The notes under the pieces were generated by a model that was given only the letters and a program-made list of their open reading frames with translations, ran no database searches and was not told where the DNA came from. A program made the position numbers and the translations under genes. From a virus (lineage: Duplodnaviria; Caudoviricetes), in IMG/VR virus record IMGVR_UViG_3300014169_000007, positions 1 to 57,861 of that record: 57,861 nt of DNA; one strand, given 5' to 3'. Every line of letters starts with the position of its first letter. Position 1 is the stretch's first letter. Positions 18,401 through 28,029 of the stretch are shown here, in pieces.

Positions 18401-18784
18401 ATGAGAGACTTAAAGACATTTATTGAGAAATATGCTGCATTACTTCCCGTAGGCACCTCTATTAGTTTCACAGAAGCCGAACGCAGAGCTGGTGAGTTTT
18501 TAACTGCACAAGCTACGATTACGGATTTCCGTCACTTATTAACTACTGAGAGAATTAAATGTCTTACAGTCCAAACTGCTGTCTTTGCGCAACAAATGGC
18601 TAAAGGAGCGGGAAAGACTGTAACTCAAGATAAGCTAAATGCTGAAGCTTCGGATGAATATATCCACGCGAGAGAAGATTTAGAGAATATAGAGAATGAT
18701 TTGGCCTATTTGAAGGCTTACTACGATATATTCGGAAATGCTACCGTATTTTATAGGCAAATGGCACGAGGTGAAAATGTCTAA
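18401..18784 (+). CDS. Putative recombination mediator (UvsY-like)
   Basis: Helical 127 aa protein directly upstream of the RecA-like gene; call rests on size and context. Confidence 0.45.
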   Translation: MRDLKTFIEKYAALLPVGTSISFTEAERRAGEFLTAQATITDFRHLLTTERIKCLTVQTAVFAQQMAKGAGKTVTQDKLNAEASDEYIHAREDLENIENDLAYLKAYYDIFGNATVFYRQMARGENV

Positions 18785-19637
18785 ATTTAAGATGAATGAA
18801 TTAGCTAATGAAGTTCGTAAAAACTTTAAGGATAATCCTAGGTTAGCTAAGCGCATTGGCGTAGGATCTAATCTCTCAAAGCTAGAGGATAAAGATTATA
18901 TAATTCTCCCTGAGTGGTGGGAAAAATGTACGGGAGTTAAGGGTCTACCATTCGGAAAATTAGTAATGATCGCTGGTGATTCAGACTCAGGTAAGACATC
19001 TATGGCAATTGAAGCCATGAAAGCTGCTCAATCGCAAGATGTAGGGATTATATATGTGGAGACAGAAAACAAAACGACTGAAGCCGACTTACGTAGTTGG
19101 GGCGTTGATCCAGACGGACTCCTACTCGTCCAATCCTCAATCGCTGAAGAAGCTTTTGAACTTATGTTCGCAGCATGGGATGGATTCAAGAAAAGCTATC
19201 CAGCTAATAAGTTATTGGTTGTCTTTGACTCGATCGGAAACGTCGTCTCTCAAAGAGATAGCGAAATCGATCTCATGGAGCAAAACTCCCAACCCGGCGG
19301 AAAGGGTAAAATCAACCGCCTTGCATTGGCTAAGATGGTTTCGAAACGCGATGAAGACCAAGCAGCTATTTTAATTATCAATTATACTTATGATAACCTA
19401 GGTAGCCCCGGTAAAACCAATGCCGGAGGTAAATCAGTAAACTTTTTTAGTTCATTAACCTTTCAAACTTCACGAAAAGGATGGTATGAAAAGCAAATTA
19501 GTGGTAAAAAGGTAAGAGTCGGCGCTGATGTTACGTGGAAGCTATTTAAGAATCACTTGGATAGAGGAAGTAACAAACAGAAGGAATTTACACTTAGAAT
19601 TACCTCAGATGGTATTTCTGTAGTAGGAGAAGAATAA
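18777..19637 (+). CDS. RecA/UvsX-like recombinase
   Basis: GLPFGK..MIAGDSDSGKT Walker A, IYVETE, VVFDSIG Walker B, GG...F.SS. GAGGTG SD before ATG 18777. Confidence 0.9.
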   Translation: MSKFKMNELANEVRKNFKDNPRLAKRIGVGSNLSKLEDKDYIILPEWWEKCTGVKGLPFGKLVMIAGDSDSGKTSMAIEAMKAAQSQDVGIIYVETENKTTEADLRSWGVDPDGLLLVQSSIAEEAFELMFAAWDGFKKSYPANKLLVVFDSIGNVVSQRDSEIDLMEQNSQPGGKGKINRLALAKMVSKRDEDQAAILIINYTYDNLGSPGKTNAGGKSVNFFSSLTFQTSRKGWYEKQISGKKVRVGADVTWKLFKNHLDRGSNKQKEFTLRITSDGISVVGEE

Positions 19638-19638
19638 C

Positions 19639-19842
19639 ATGAAAGCTACGTTAAGTTTTACATTACCCGAAGAGAATGAAGAGTTTCAACTTGCTCAAAA
19701 TGGTATGCATTATAGTAATATTATTGATGAATTAGATAACTTTTTACGTTCTAAGTTAAAGTACGAAACATTATCTGCGATTGAATCAGAAGTCTATCAA
19801 GCTGTAAGAGATAAACTCTGGGAGCTGAAAGGTAATGAGTAA
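19639..19842 (+). CDS. Hypothetical phage protein
   Basis: AGGAG SD; 67 aa. Confidence 0.6.
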   Translation: MKATLSFTLPEENEEFQLAQNGMHYSNIIDELDNFLRSKLKYETLSAIESEVYQAVRDKLWELKGNE

Positions 19843-20830
19843 ACCGTTTGCGGTCCTAATTTCGGACATTCACTTTAATGTTAATGCGTTACTTTGGGCA
19901 TCTTCATCATTACGACAAGCATTAAATCGAGCAACAAATCTCGACATTCCTCTAATTATAGCCGGTGATCTTAACGATACGAAAGCTATAATTAGAGGTG
20001 AAGTAGCAAATGTTATAATAGAAATCCTTAGTCGAGCTAGCGTAAAAGTTTTTATATTAGTAGGTAACCACGACCTACTTAGTGAGAAGACTAAAGAAAG
20101 TGGACTCGATTACCTAAAACCTTATGCTACGATTATCAATAAGGCAACAAAATTTACAGATAATGTTACTTTATTACCATATTATAACGATTCTGCGGAG
20201 ATTAGTAACATATTGTCCGCAGAACCGGCAGGGAATACAGTCATAATGCATCAAGGTTTTAGAGGTGCCATGATGGGTGACTACATACAAGACAAAACCT
20301 CTATAGACCCAAAGTTAGCTTCACATTTACGTGTTTTTTCAGGACATTATCATAGACACCAGACAATAGGAACCATAACTTACATTGGTAGCCCTTACAC
20401 CATAACCTTCGGCGAAGCTAACGATGGCCCCAAGGGTTTCTTGGTATTAAACGAGGATGGTACGTATGAACAGATTCCAACTAACCTTCGAAAGCATGTA
20501 ATTATTGAAGGTGCGGGAGATGATGAAGGATTTTCCGTAGATTGGGATAAAATCCACTCTATTGGAGCCAGTGATCTGATATGGGTTAAATTACGAGGTT
20601 CTCAGTCAAATCTCGCTAAGATCGATAAGATACAATTGGGAAATTTCTTATTTAACCATTCTAACTATAAATTAGACTTAATACCGACGGATTCGACCGT
20701 TAATGACGTTACTCTTATCGATAAGACTAACGAAGAGATATTCGATAGTATTATAGATAGCCTCTCAGACCCCAAAGCACACAAAGACTACTTGAAGACG
20801 TTATACCGGAGTATTATATGCAACTCTTAA
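19835..20830 (+). CDS. Mre11/SbcD-like nuclease
   Basis: SDIH, AGDL, GNHD, MHQ and SGHYH metallophosphoesterase motifs; adjacent to a Rad50-like gene. Confidence 0.88.
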   Translation: MSKPFAVLISDIHFNVNALLWASSSLRQALNRATNLDIPLIIAGDLNDTKAIIRGEVANVIIEILSRASVKVFILVGNHDLLSEKTKESGLDYLKPYATIINKATKFTDNVTLLPYYNDSAEISNILSAEPAGNTVIMHQGFRGAMMGDYIQDKTSIDPKLASHLRVFSGHYHRHQTIGTITYIGSPYTITFGEANDGPKGFLVLNEDGTYEQIPTNLRKHVIIEGAGDDEGFSVDWDKIHSIGASDLIWVKLRGSQSNLAKIDKIQLGNFLFNHSNYKLDLIPTDSTVNDVTLIDKTNEEIFDSIIDSLSDPKAHKDYLKTLYRSIICNS

Positions 20831-22425
20831 GCATTGATTTATCAAATTTTGGTAGTTATGAAAAATTAGAGTTTGATTTCACAGACTTAGGTTTATCATT
20901 GGTATCAGGACCAACAGGAAGCGGTAAAAGCACACTTCAAGACGGTCCATATTGGGTTATGTTTGGAGAAACTGCTAAAGGTGGCAATGTTGATGAAGTT
21001 AGATCTTGGTTTACATCTGAGCCGACTGTTGGTATTTTAGCGCTGGAAGTAGATGGCAAAATCTTAACAATTACCCGCATTAGAGGTACCCAGTCTCAGA
21101 ATGACCTCTATTGGAGTGAATCTGATACCGTTTATAGGGGCAAGGATATGTCAGAAACTCAAAAGCTGATGGAGACTAGGCTTCGAGTGCAAGCCGAGAG
21201 TTTTGCTGCTGCTACCTACTTTAATGAGTTTAGCCCCGCAGGTTCATTTTTCCTAAATAAAGCTAAAGAACGAAGAAGTCTATTTGATAAGCTTGTAGAC
21301 TTAAACTTTCCAGCCACTATTAAAAGGAGAGCGACCGATGAAATCAAAGAAGTTAAAAAGAACCTCGAAAGTGCGCAAGCCCGCGACAATAAACTTCTTG
21401 GAAGAGTGGAACAATTACGAGCAACAATGGCGGAACATATCCGTCGTCGTGACCAATGGGATAACGTACAAAAGCGAACCTTGGCAGAACTCAAAGCTAA
21501 GGCAGCAGGTTACGAAAACTACAAAACGAAAGAGACTGCTGAATTAAAAGTTAAAGAGTTACAGTTTGACGAAAACCGTAAGTACAACATAAAACGTATA
21601 GAAAACCGGATGTTCGATAGAAAAGTAGCATTATTAAACGACAGAACGTGCCCCCACTGCGGTGTTTTTAATGAAAATCATTCCCATTCGCTAACGGAAC
21701 TAAACACTGATCAAGAATTGCTTGTAGAAGCAGAGAATAATAAATCGAATCCCTTTACTATGGTGCTTAAACAGTTGCATAGTGCAACTAATCCTCATGA
21801 AGAAGCATTTATTAAACAAGAAATGGCTACAAATCCATATGTGTACGCCGCTGCAGAAATGCATAATGAATTACAGCACTTAGAGAAGCAATTACGAGAT
21901 ATCGGTACGCAATCTCAATTGTTAAGAGAAACATTATCTTCTTTATGTCAGATTAGTGATTTAACCGCTGATTTACGGTCAATATTATTACATAGATCAG
22001 TTAAAGCTATCGAAAAGCAAACTAATACTTATCTAGAACAATACTTTGAGTCGGCTATTAGGGTACTTTTTGATACCAAAAACGATGACTCTTTAGATGT
22101 TACTGTTACTAAAGATGGTTACGAAGCTACGTACAAACAACTCTCCAAAGGACAACGCGGGCTCTTAAAGTTATGTTTCGCCGTATCAGTTATGAAATCT
22201 GCCGCCAATAAAGTAGGAGTACACTTTAACCTATTAATGCTAGATGAGGCGTTAGATGGTTTAGATAGCGATCTAAAAGTCAAAGCTTTTAATCTTTTGT
22301 CTGAATTAGAGAAAGATCATACTAGCATATTAGTGATCGATCACGCACAAGAACTTAAGTCTTTATTTAACCGACGATTTGAAGTATCCTTAGAGCAAGA
22401 TAGAAGTTTTATCAGAGAGGTTTAA
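20818..22425 (+). CDS. Rad50/SbcC-like ABC ATPase
   Basis: GPTGSGKS, coiled coil with CPHC zinc hook, LSKGQ signature, LMLDE Walker B. Confidence 0.92.
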   Translation: MQLLSIDLSNFGSYEKLEFDFTDLGLSLVSGPTGSGKSTLQDGPYWVMFGETAKGGNVDEVRSWFTSEPTVGILALEVDGKILTITRIRGTQSQNDLYWSESDTVYRGKDMSETQKLMETRLRVQAESFAAATYFNEFSPAGSFFLNKAKERRSLFDKLVDLNFPATIKRRATDEIKEVKKNLESAQARDNKLLGRVEQLRATMAEHIRRRDQWDNVQKRTLAELKAKAAGYENYKTKETAELKVKELQFDENRKYNIKRIENRMFDRKVALLNDRTCPHCGVFNENHSHSLTELNTDQELLVEAENNKSNPFTMVLKQLHSATNPHEEAFIKQEMATNPYVYAAAEMHNELQHLEKQLRDIGTQSQLLRETLSSLCQISDLTADLRSILLHRSVKAIEKQTNTYLEQYFESAIRVLFDTKNDDSLDVTVTKDGYEATYKQLSKGQRGLLKLCFAVSVMKSAANKVGVHFNLLMLDEALDGLDSDLKVKAFNLLSELEKDHTSILVIDHAQELKSLFNRRFEVSLEQDRSFIREV

Positions 22426-22426
22426 A

Positions 22427-22516
22427 ATGCTTAGAGAATTTACACGAATAATAATAGGATATATAATAGCTTATATTGTTACTTTTATGATTTTAATAGG
22501 TTTGGGGTTAAGATGA
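22427..22516 (+). CDS. Small single-TM protein (29 aa)
   Basis: GAGG SD; ATGA overlap with the next gene. Confidence 0.45.
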   Translation: MLREFTRIIIGYIIAYIVTFMILIGLGLR

Positions 22517-22983
22517 ACGAACGTATAACTAGCCGCGAACGCGGTTTGATCAAGGGAGCTCTTAGAAGAGTCTTTTCTCGTTCTGATTTACGCCGTGAGA
22601 TTATCGCGTCTAGCATTATGAAGCATACCGATCCAGGGCGACCTAGAGTAAAGAACTGGTGTTTTTGTAGACTATGCTCTCAACCAACTCCGAAGAGTTA
22701 TATGGTTGTAGACCACGTATCTCCGCTTATCCCCATACATCAGTCTTTCGAAGATATGTCATTAGATATGTTCATTGAACGATTGTGGTGTCATCCATCA
22801 AATTTACAAGCTATTTGTGAAACTTGTCACTTGCAAAAGACAAAACAAGAAGGTAAACTCAGAAGAGAATTTAAGAAATCCCTTAAGGAGACGAAACATG
22901 TCAGAAATCAAATTAATAAGAGGCCAAGTACGCCAAATCGTAAAAGAAGAACTACCAAACATTCTAAAAGAACAGTTATTTGA
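22513..22983 (+). CDS. HNH endonuclease
   Basis: CRLC, VDHVSP, NLQAICETCH..KT. Confidence 0.85.
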   Translation: MNERITSRERGLIKGALRRVFSRSDLRREIIASSIMKHTDPGRPRVKNWCFCRLCSQPTPKSYMVVDHVSPLIPIHQSFEDMSLDMFIERLWCHPSNLQAICETCHLQKTKQEGKLRREFKKSLKETKHVRNQINKRPSTPNRKRRTTKHSKRTVI

Positions 22984-23200
22984 AGAATTGAAGAAACACG
23001 TAGATTCTCGCATGAATGAAGTCCAAAAGTTTGTTAAAGAAACTATGGAGCTTATGAATACCAGGCAGAAAGAGGTATTGAAATACTTAGTTGAGAGTTA
23101 TGTAGGAAATCCTAACGATAAAGCCGAAGATGGTGTAGGTTCTACGCCGGGTATGGAGCAAGTTAAGAACGATTCAATCGTTACCAGCTTCGAAGAATAA
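22898..23200 (+). CDS. Hypothetical coiled-coil protein
   Basis: AAGGAG SD before ATG 22898 (MSEIKLIRGQ). Confidence 0.6.
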   Translation: MSEIKLIRGQVRQIVKEELPNILKEQLFEELKKHVDSRMNEVQKFVKETMELMNTRQKEVLKYLVESYVGNPNDKAEDGVGSTPGMEQVKNDSIVTSFEE

Positions 23201-23209
23201 GAGGAAAGA

Positions 23210-23911
23210 ATGAAGAAAGCCAAAAATCTTCTCGTAATATCTGATCTGCATGCTCCATATTACCATCCGGATACCATTGCATTTTTGACTGCTTTAAAGA
23301 AAAAGCACAAGTTTGATACCGTCATATGCATCGGTGATGAGGTGGATAACCATGCTATTAGTTTTCATGATTCAGATCCTTCTTTACCTAACGCTAGTAA
23401 AGAGTTGGAATTAGCTATTAAGGCATTAAGTCCGCTTTATAAGCTGTTTCCGCAAGTCACCGTCGTGGAATCAAATCACGGCAGCCTTGTTATGCGAAAA
23501 GCTTTAGCTAGCGGTCTACCACCAGAAGTATTTAAGTCATATAATGATATTCTTCAGGCACCTAAAGGTTGGAAATGGGTATTTGATACTAGAGTTCTAA
23601 CTTCATTAGGCCCCGTATATTTCTGTCACGGTAAGACTGGTTCTCCAGGCAAATTAGCTGCATCTTATGGTTGTAGTACCGTTCAGGGTCATTTTCATGA
23701 AAAAGCTCAAATTAACTATATATCTACACCCGAACGGTTGATGTTTGATGCCCACACTGGATGTCTAGCTGACGATTATAGCCTAGCACTAGGTTATAAT
23801 AAGATTAATCCAAGACGCCCTATTGTTAGCGTTTTAATCATTTTAGATGGAATTCCTCAGATTGTTCCTATGCGTTTACGTCCCGGAGGGCGATGGATAG
23901 GGAAATTATAA
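23210..23911 (+). CDS. Calcineurin-like metallophosphoesterase
   Basis: SDLH, GDEVD, SNH, CHG and GHFH motifs. Confidence 0.85.
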   Translation: MKKAKNLLVISDLHAPYYHPDTIAFLTALKKKHKFDTVICIGDEVDNHAISFHDSDPSLPNASKELELAIKALSPLYKLFPQVTVVESNHGSLVMRKALASGLPPEVFKSYNDILQAPKGWKWVFDTRVLTSLGPVYFCHGKTGSPGKLAASYGCSTVQGHFHEKAQINYISTPERLMFDAHTGCLADDYSLALGYNKINPRRPIVSVLIILDGIPQIVPMRLRPGGRWIGKL

Positions 23912-23936
23912 GTGTTATCCAGCACTTATAAAATAG

Positions 23937-23965
23937 TTGACGAATACCTCGAAACAAGGTATTCT
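23937..23965 (+). promoter_or_regulatory. Sigma70 promoter, leaderless geometry
   Basis: TTGACG-17-TATTCT, 6 nt to ATG 23972. Confidence 0.65.
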
Positions 23966-23971
23966 TTAATT

Positions 23972-24529
23972 ATGAGATACGTAATATTAATAGTCCTAAT
24001 AAATGTGTTAGCGTTAGTTAGTAATGTTAAAAATGTAGAAAGTGATACCTCAACCGTACCTTACTACATCTATAACGCTGCTACTAAGTTCAAAATTGAT
24101 GTAGCTCTACTATATGCATTCTGCCGAGTTGAATCGAATTGCCGCGCCAAGGCGATTAATCATGATGATGGCACAGCAGCTCAAAAAGCAGCCGGTATTG
24201 TAGATAAATCATATGGCCTGTTTCAATTAAAGTTATCTACTGTTAAAGGCTTAGGTTTTCAACAAATTGAACATATTAAAATTGTTAAGAAAACTAAAAA
24301 TAAAACCGTAACGATCAGAAAAGCCGTCGATCATACCAAAGACTTACTAAACCCTGAAGTTAGCACCTGGTATGCTGCAAAGCTTATAAGTCAGTTATAT
24401 AAGAGGTATGGCGATACTCCTAAAGTTATCTCAGCTTATAATGCAGGTCGTTATACTACCGCTAATGAAGAATACGTAATGAGGGTATTGAAGGCTTATA
24501 CACGTTATAAGATTGATAAAAGGTTTTAA
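23972..24529 (+). CDS. Lytic transglycosylase (SLT/GH23) with N-terminal signal or anchor
   Basis: VES catalytic Glu, SYGLFQL, SAYNAG; hydrophobic N-terminus MRYVILIVLINVLALV. Confidence 0.85.
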   Translation: MRYVILIVLINVLALVSNVKNVESDTSTVPYYIYNAATKFKIDVALLYAFCRVESNCRAKAINHDDGTAAQKAAGIVDKSYGLFQLKLSTVKGLGFQQIEHIKIVKKTKNKTVTIRKAVDHTKDLLNPEVSTWYAAKLISQLYKRYGDTPKVISAYNAGRYTTANEEYVMRVLKAYTRYKIDKRF

Positions 24530-24530
24530 T

Positions 24531-24929
24531 ATGACACATATAAAGAAACTTCTAAGGCTCTCTAAAGCATTAGGTATTAAAGTTGCTTTTATCCATTACC
24601 CCGGTAATGGCGCTTGGCATCCAGCGGTTAATAAAATATCTGTAGATAGGGATTTAGAGGGTACCGAGCTTGTATCAACGATTTTACATGAATTAGGACA
24701 CGTTGTTGATGATTTAGCAAATCGTTCAGATAGAGAATGGCGTAAATTAGATAAAGCTTATAGTAAAGTGTACAAGAATAAAGCTTCCACGAAACAACTC
24801 CGATTAGTGCTAAAGCACGAGCGTCGAGCTTGGACTTTCGGGCGTGAGATAGCCCGCCTATTAAAGATTAAACTAGGTAAATGGTATGATCGCGATGAGA
24901 AAGATTCTATTGCTGATTATAAGTCTTAA
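24531..24929 (+). CDS. HExxH metallopeptidase (ImmA/IrrE-like fold)
   Basis: TILHELGH followed by E.RAW. Confidence 0.7.
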   Translation: MTHIKKLLRLSKALGIKVAFIHYPGNGAWHPAVNKISVDRDLEGTELVSTILHELGHVVDDLANRSDREWRKLDKAYSKVYKNKASTKQLRLVLKHERRAWTFGREIARLLKIKLGKWYDRDEKDSIADYKS

Positions 24930-24944
24930 TGATATATTGAATTT

Positions 24945-25178
24945 ATGAGTACACCAAACTATGTAACTAATGAGGATTTTCGATTCATGAGCGACTCGTT
25001 GTGGAATGAAAAAGTGTTAGAATCGGGGACATTTGTAAGACCAATCGAGTTAGCGTATGTACCAAAGCACATACGAGATAACCCAATGAATAGATGGTTT
25101 GATGCGGAGAAAGAGATGTATGTATACTGTTCATTCGGTATAATTGCTATACCCAAGAACATAGTGAGGAAGGTCTAA
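24945..25178 (+). CDS. Hypothetical protein
   Basis: 77 aa ORF in the operon. Confidence 0.55.
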   Translation: MSTPNYVTNEDFRFMSDSLWNEKVLESGTFVRPIELAYVPKHIRDNPMNRWFDAEKEMYVYCSFGIIAIPKNIVRKV

Positions 25179-25179
25179 T

Positions 25180-25512
25180 ATGGAACAAGGAACTAAGCAT
25201 GATAGTAATAAGCCAAGATTAGATTTGATTAGTCCCATAGCTTTAGATGAATTGGCAAAAGTATTAGATTACGGTACTCGTAAGTATAATGCTTATAATT
25301 GGTCCAAAGGTCTCAAATATACTAGAGTTATCGCCGCTATTTTACGCCATACTTATCTATATCTTAAAGGAGAGACATTAGATCCAGAAACCGGCATCAG
25401 TCATATGGCAGCAGTTATGTGTAATGCTATGTTCTTACTGCATTTTGAGAAAATGAAACAAGATTTTGATGATAGACCAAAGGACGTCTACGAAACTAAT
25501 AAAAATACTTAA
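25180..25512 (+). CDS. dATP/dGTP diphosphohydrolase-like protein (DUF5664 type)
   Basis: G.KHD..KPRLDLI...G..KY...NW.KG...RH...GE..DPETG..H.A...NAMFL pattern. Confidence 0.8.
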   Translation: MEQGTKHDSNKPRLDLISPIALDELAKVLDYGTRKYNAYNWSKGLKYTRVIAAILRHTYLYLKGETLDPETGISHMAAVMCNAMFLLHFEKMKQDFDDRPKDVYETNKNT

Positions 25513-25515
25513 ATA

Positions 25516-25550
25516 TTGACAAAGATCTTTTAACTGAGTTACAGTTAAAA
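25516..25550 (+). promoter_or_regulatory. Sigma70 promoter of the SSB gene with overlapping inverted repeat
   Basis: TTGACA-18-TACAGT; TTTTAACTG-N5-CAGTTAAAA at 25528-25550. Confidence 0.55.
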
Positions 25551-25586
25551 TAACAGTCGGAAGACTATAAACCAAAGGAGTAAAGT

Positions 25587-26075
25587 ATGGCACTACAAAA
25601 AGCAAGTAAAGGTGGAATTCTTTCCACGCCATTTAAGTTCACCCAAGCTGGTGACACGTTAAAAGGCTATTATCAAGGACAAGTCCAAAAGACCATTAAC
25701 GGCAGCCCCGTAATTGAACATACATATAAAACAGAAGCAGGATTGTTTAGTGTGTTAGGTCAGTCCAACATTCTTCAACAAATCAAGAATAACAATATTA
25801 AACCCGGAGCTTATGTTGAAATCGAATTTTCTGGAGAAATGCAAAAACTTAAGAGTGGAAAAACCATGAAAGTCTATGACATTGCATTTGATTCTGAAAA
25901 CGTTGATTCGGATGCACAAGCACCAGTTGCCGAGCAGGACGACTCAGAAGAAGAGGAAGAACTAGAAGAAGCCGCTCTTCCTCCAGTTCGTAAGCCTGCG
26001 ATTGCCGCCTCAACACCATCATCCGCAACGCAAGCACGTATTCAAGCATTGATGAAGCAAGCTAAAAAAGCCTAA
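25587..26075 (+). CDS. Single-stranded DNA-binding protein (putative)
   Basis: OB-like beta N-terminus with an acidic tract; lies before the primase-helicase; AAGGAG SD. Confidence 0.6.
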   Translation: MALQKASKGGILSTPFKFTQAGDTLKGYYQGQVQKTINGSPVIEHTYKTEAGLFSVLGQSNILQQIKNNNIKPGAYVEIEFSGEMQKLKSGKTMKVYDIAFDSENVDSDAQAPVAEQDDSEEEEELEEAALPPVRKPAIAASTPSSATQARIQALMKQAKKA

Positions 26076-26090
26076 GTCTTCGTACTAGGT

Positions 26091-26125
26091 GGGGGGCGTA
26101 GGAAGCAACTTACGTCCCTCGTTTT
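26091..26125 (+). terminator. Intrinsic terminator after SSB
   Basis: GGGGGGCGTAG-loop-TTACGTCCCTC followed by GTTTT. Confidence 0.6.
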
Positions 26126-26151
26126 AACAGAGAGATAGAGAGGAGGAGTTC

Positions 26152-28029
26152 GTGGTCATCTATAGGCTTATAGCACCGGAATGGTTAACAATTGAATCAC
26201 CTTCGATCCCTAAAGTTTTAGAGGGTGAGTTTACAGACGCAGAAATCAAGAAGTTTAACGAACAAGGATATAACGTATATTACCTCCCTAATTACCCTTC
26301 TTTGTACACCGGCGGTACAGTTGATGGTTCCCAAGTAGACACATTTGAATATGTCTTCGTTGACATGGACCTTAAAGAAGGAAAATATAAGTCTAAAGAT
26401 GAGTTCGTCGAATTCGTATGTACCTTTCCTCTACAACCCACAAAGATCATAGATTCTGGCAATGGTATCCATGTATACTGGAGAGTTTCAGACCTAAATG
26501 CTAAAAGCTATCTATTATTACAAAGAAGACTCACACGTCATTTTAAGTCAGACGAAGCAGTTAGTAAAATTTATCAACTAATGCGTTACCCCGGTACTCT
26601 AAATACTAAGATTAAAGGTAACTTCAAAGCTTGCGCAGTTTGGTTTTTAACAGATGAAGTGTACACATGCGAAACTATTGATAAAGCTTTAGAGCCGATA
26701 ACCCTCTCGGATGAACAGTTTTGTAATCAGCACTTCGAAAAGACCTATAAAAAATACTCAAGAGAAGTTAAAATTGATGAAAAATTACCATCTAAATTTG
26801 GACAACTATTACACGACAGTCAAGAAGTTAAAGATATATGGATTGGCAACACCGACGATCGTAGTAAGAGTGACTTCCGATTAGGGCATATAATGTTTGC
26901 ATCTGGATTTACCAGAAAAGAAGCAACCTCAGTACTAGTAAATTCGGCAAAGGCTCTAGAGCGGACTCCGATCCACCGCCTAGGCTACGCGGAAGGAATT
27001 GTTAATCAAATATGGACTTTTGAGTCGTCATCTATAGATAACAACAAGAAGTCGTTATCTAAAGGTAACAAGATTCCAATTGAATCGCAAAGCGTGTTTG
27101 ATATCCTACAAACAAGCGGCGATACTCTAAAAGGTGAGCGATTCTATTGTTGGCCATATGTCGATAATACGGAACACGGCTTCCGATTAAGCCAGGTAAT
27201 TGGTATGATAGCTGGTTCTGGCGTAGGGAAAACAGCCATTGCTTTAAACATGTTTGAAGGTTTTGTATCTAAGAACCCTAGCTATGACCATCTATTTGTT
27301 ACCTTAGAACAGCCAGCAAAGGAAATAGCCGAACGTTGGAAGAATCTATGTGGTACAAACACAAATTCGCATCATAAGGTTCGTATCCTTAGTAATTACG
27401 ACGATGCAGGTAACTACCGCAACTTATCATTTGATTCAATCCAAGAATATATACTTAACTATCAGAAAGAGAACAACGTAAAGATCGGATGTGTCGTTAT
27501 TGACCATATTGGAGCATTACAAAAGTCCTCTAAAGACGGTCGGCAGAGCGTTGAAGACATCTGCCATAAGATGAAGTCCTTTGCCGTGTCAACTAATACA
27601 CTTCTAGTGATGCAGTCCCAAGCTCCCAGAGAAAAGGCCGGAATCGGTGATTTAGAGCTTAATAAAGACGCAGCTTACGGCACTGTGTTTTTCGAATCTT
27701 ATTGTGATTACCTCCTTACGTTGTGGCAGCCTCTAAAGCGAGTTTATAAAGATGGTGCCCCAACTGTTACCGCTTTTAAATTCTGTAAGATTCGTCATAA
27801 GAATCAAAATAAAGACGTGATTAAAGAAGACATCTGTTATAGACTTAAATTTGATGCTGATTCACAACGATTAAGGGAAATGACGCAGGATGAAGAAGCC
27901 GGTTTTTCATATCACTTAAAGCAAGCTACTGCTAAAAGATCTCAAGATCGTAAAACTGAAATGGTTGAGTATGTAGCGGCTGATTTTGGAGGGTTACATG
28001 GAAAAACTGAAAGTAATAAAGACACTTAG
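26152..28029 (+). CDS. Primase-helicase (RepB-like AEP primase fused to SF4/DnaB-like helicase)
   Basis: VDMD, IDSGNGIHVYW, LMRYPGTLNTK; AGSGVGKT, VTLEQ, VIDH, QSQ. GAGGAGG SD, GTG start. Confidence 0.88.
   Translation: MVIYRLIAPEWLTIESPSIPKVLEGEFTDAEIKKFNEQGYNVYYLPNYPSLYTGGTVDGSQVDTFEYVFVDMDLKEGKYKSKDEFVEFVCTFPLQPTKIIDSGNGIHVYWRVSDLNAKSYLLLQRRLTRHFKSDEAVSKIYQLMRYPGTLNTKIKGNFKACAVWFLTDEVYTCETIDKALEPITLSDEQFCNQHFEKTYKKYSREVKIDEKLPSKFGQLLHDSQEVKDIWIGNTDDRSKSDFRLGHIMFASGFTRKEATSVLVNSAKALERTPIHRLGYAEGIVNQIWTFESSSIDNNKKSLSKGNKIPIESQSVFDILQTSGDTLKGERFYCWPYVDNTEHGFRLSQVIGMIAGSGVGKTAIALNMFEGFVSKNPSYDHLFVTLEQPAKEIAERWKNLCGTNTNSHHKVRILSNYDDAGNYRNLSFDSIQEYILNYQKENNVKIGCVVIDHIGALQKSSKDGRQSVEDICHKMKSFAVSTNTLLVMQSQAPREKAGIGDLELNKDAAYGTVFFESYCDYLLTLWQPLKRVYKDGAPTVTAFKFCKIRHKNQNKDVIKEDICYRLKFDADSQRLREMTQDEEAGFSYHLKQATAKRSQDRKTEMVEYVAADFGGLHGKTESNKDT

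Noticed and set aside
25180-25512. 2-aminoadenine (Z-genome) pathway
   Set aside because: A DUF5664-like gene is present, but no PurZ or HD-domain dATPase was recognised.
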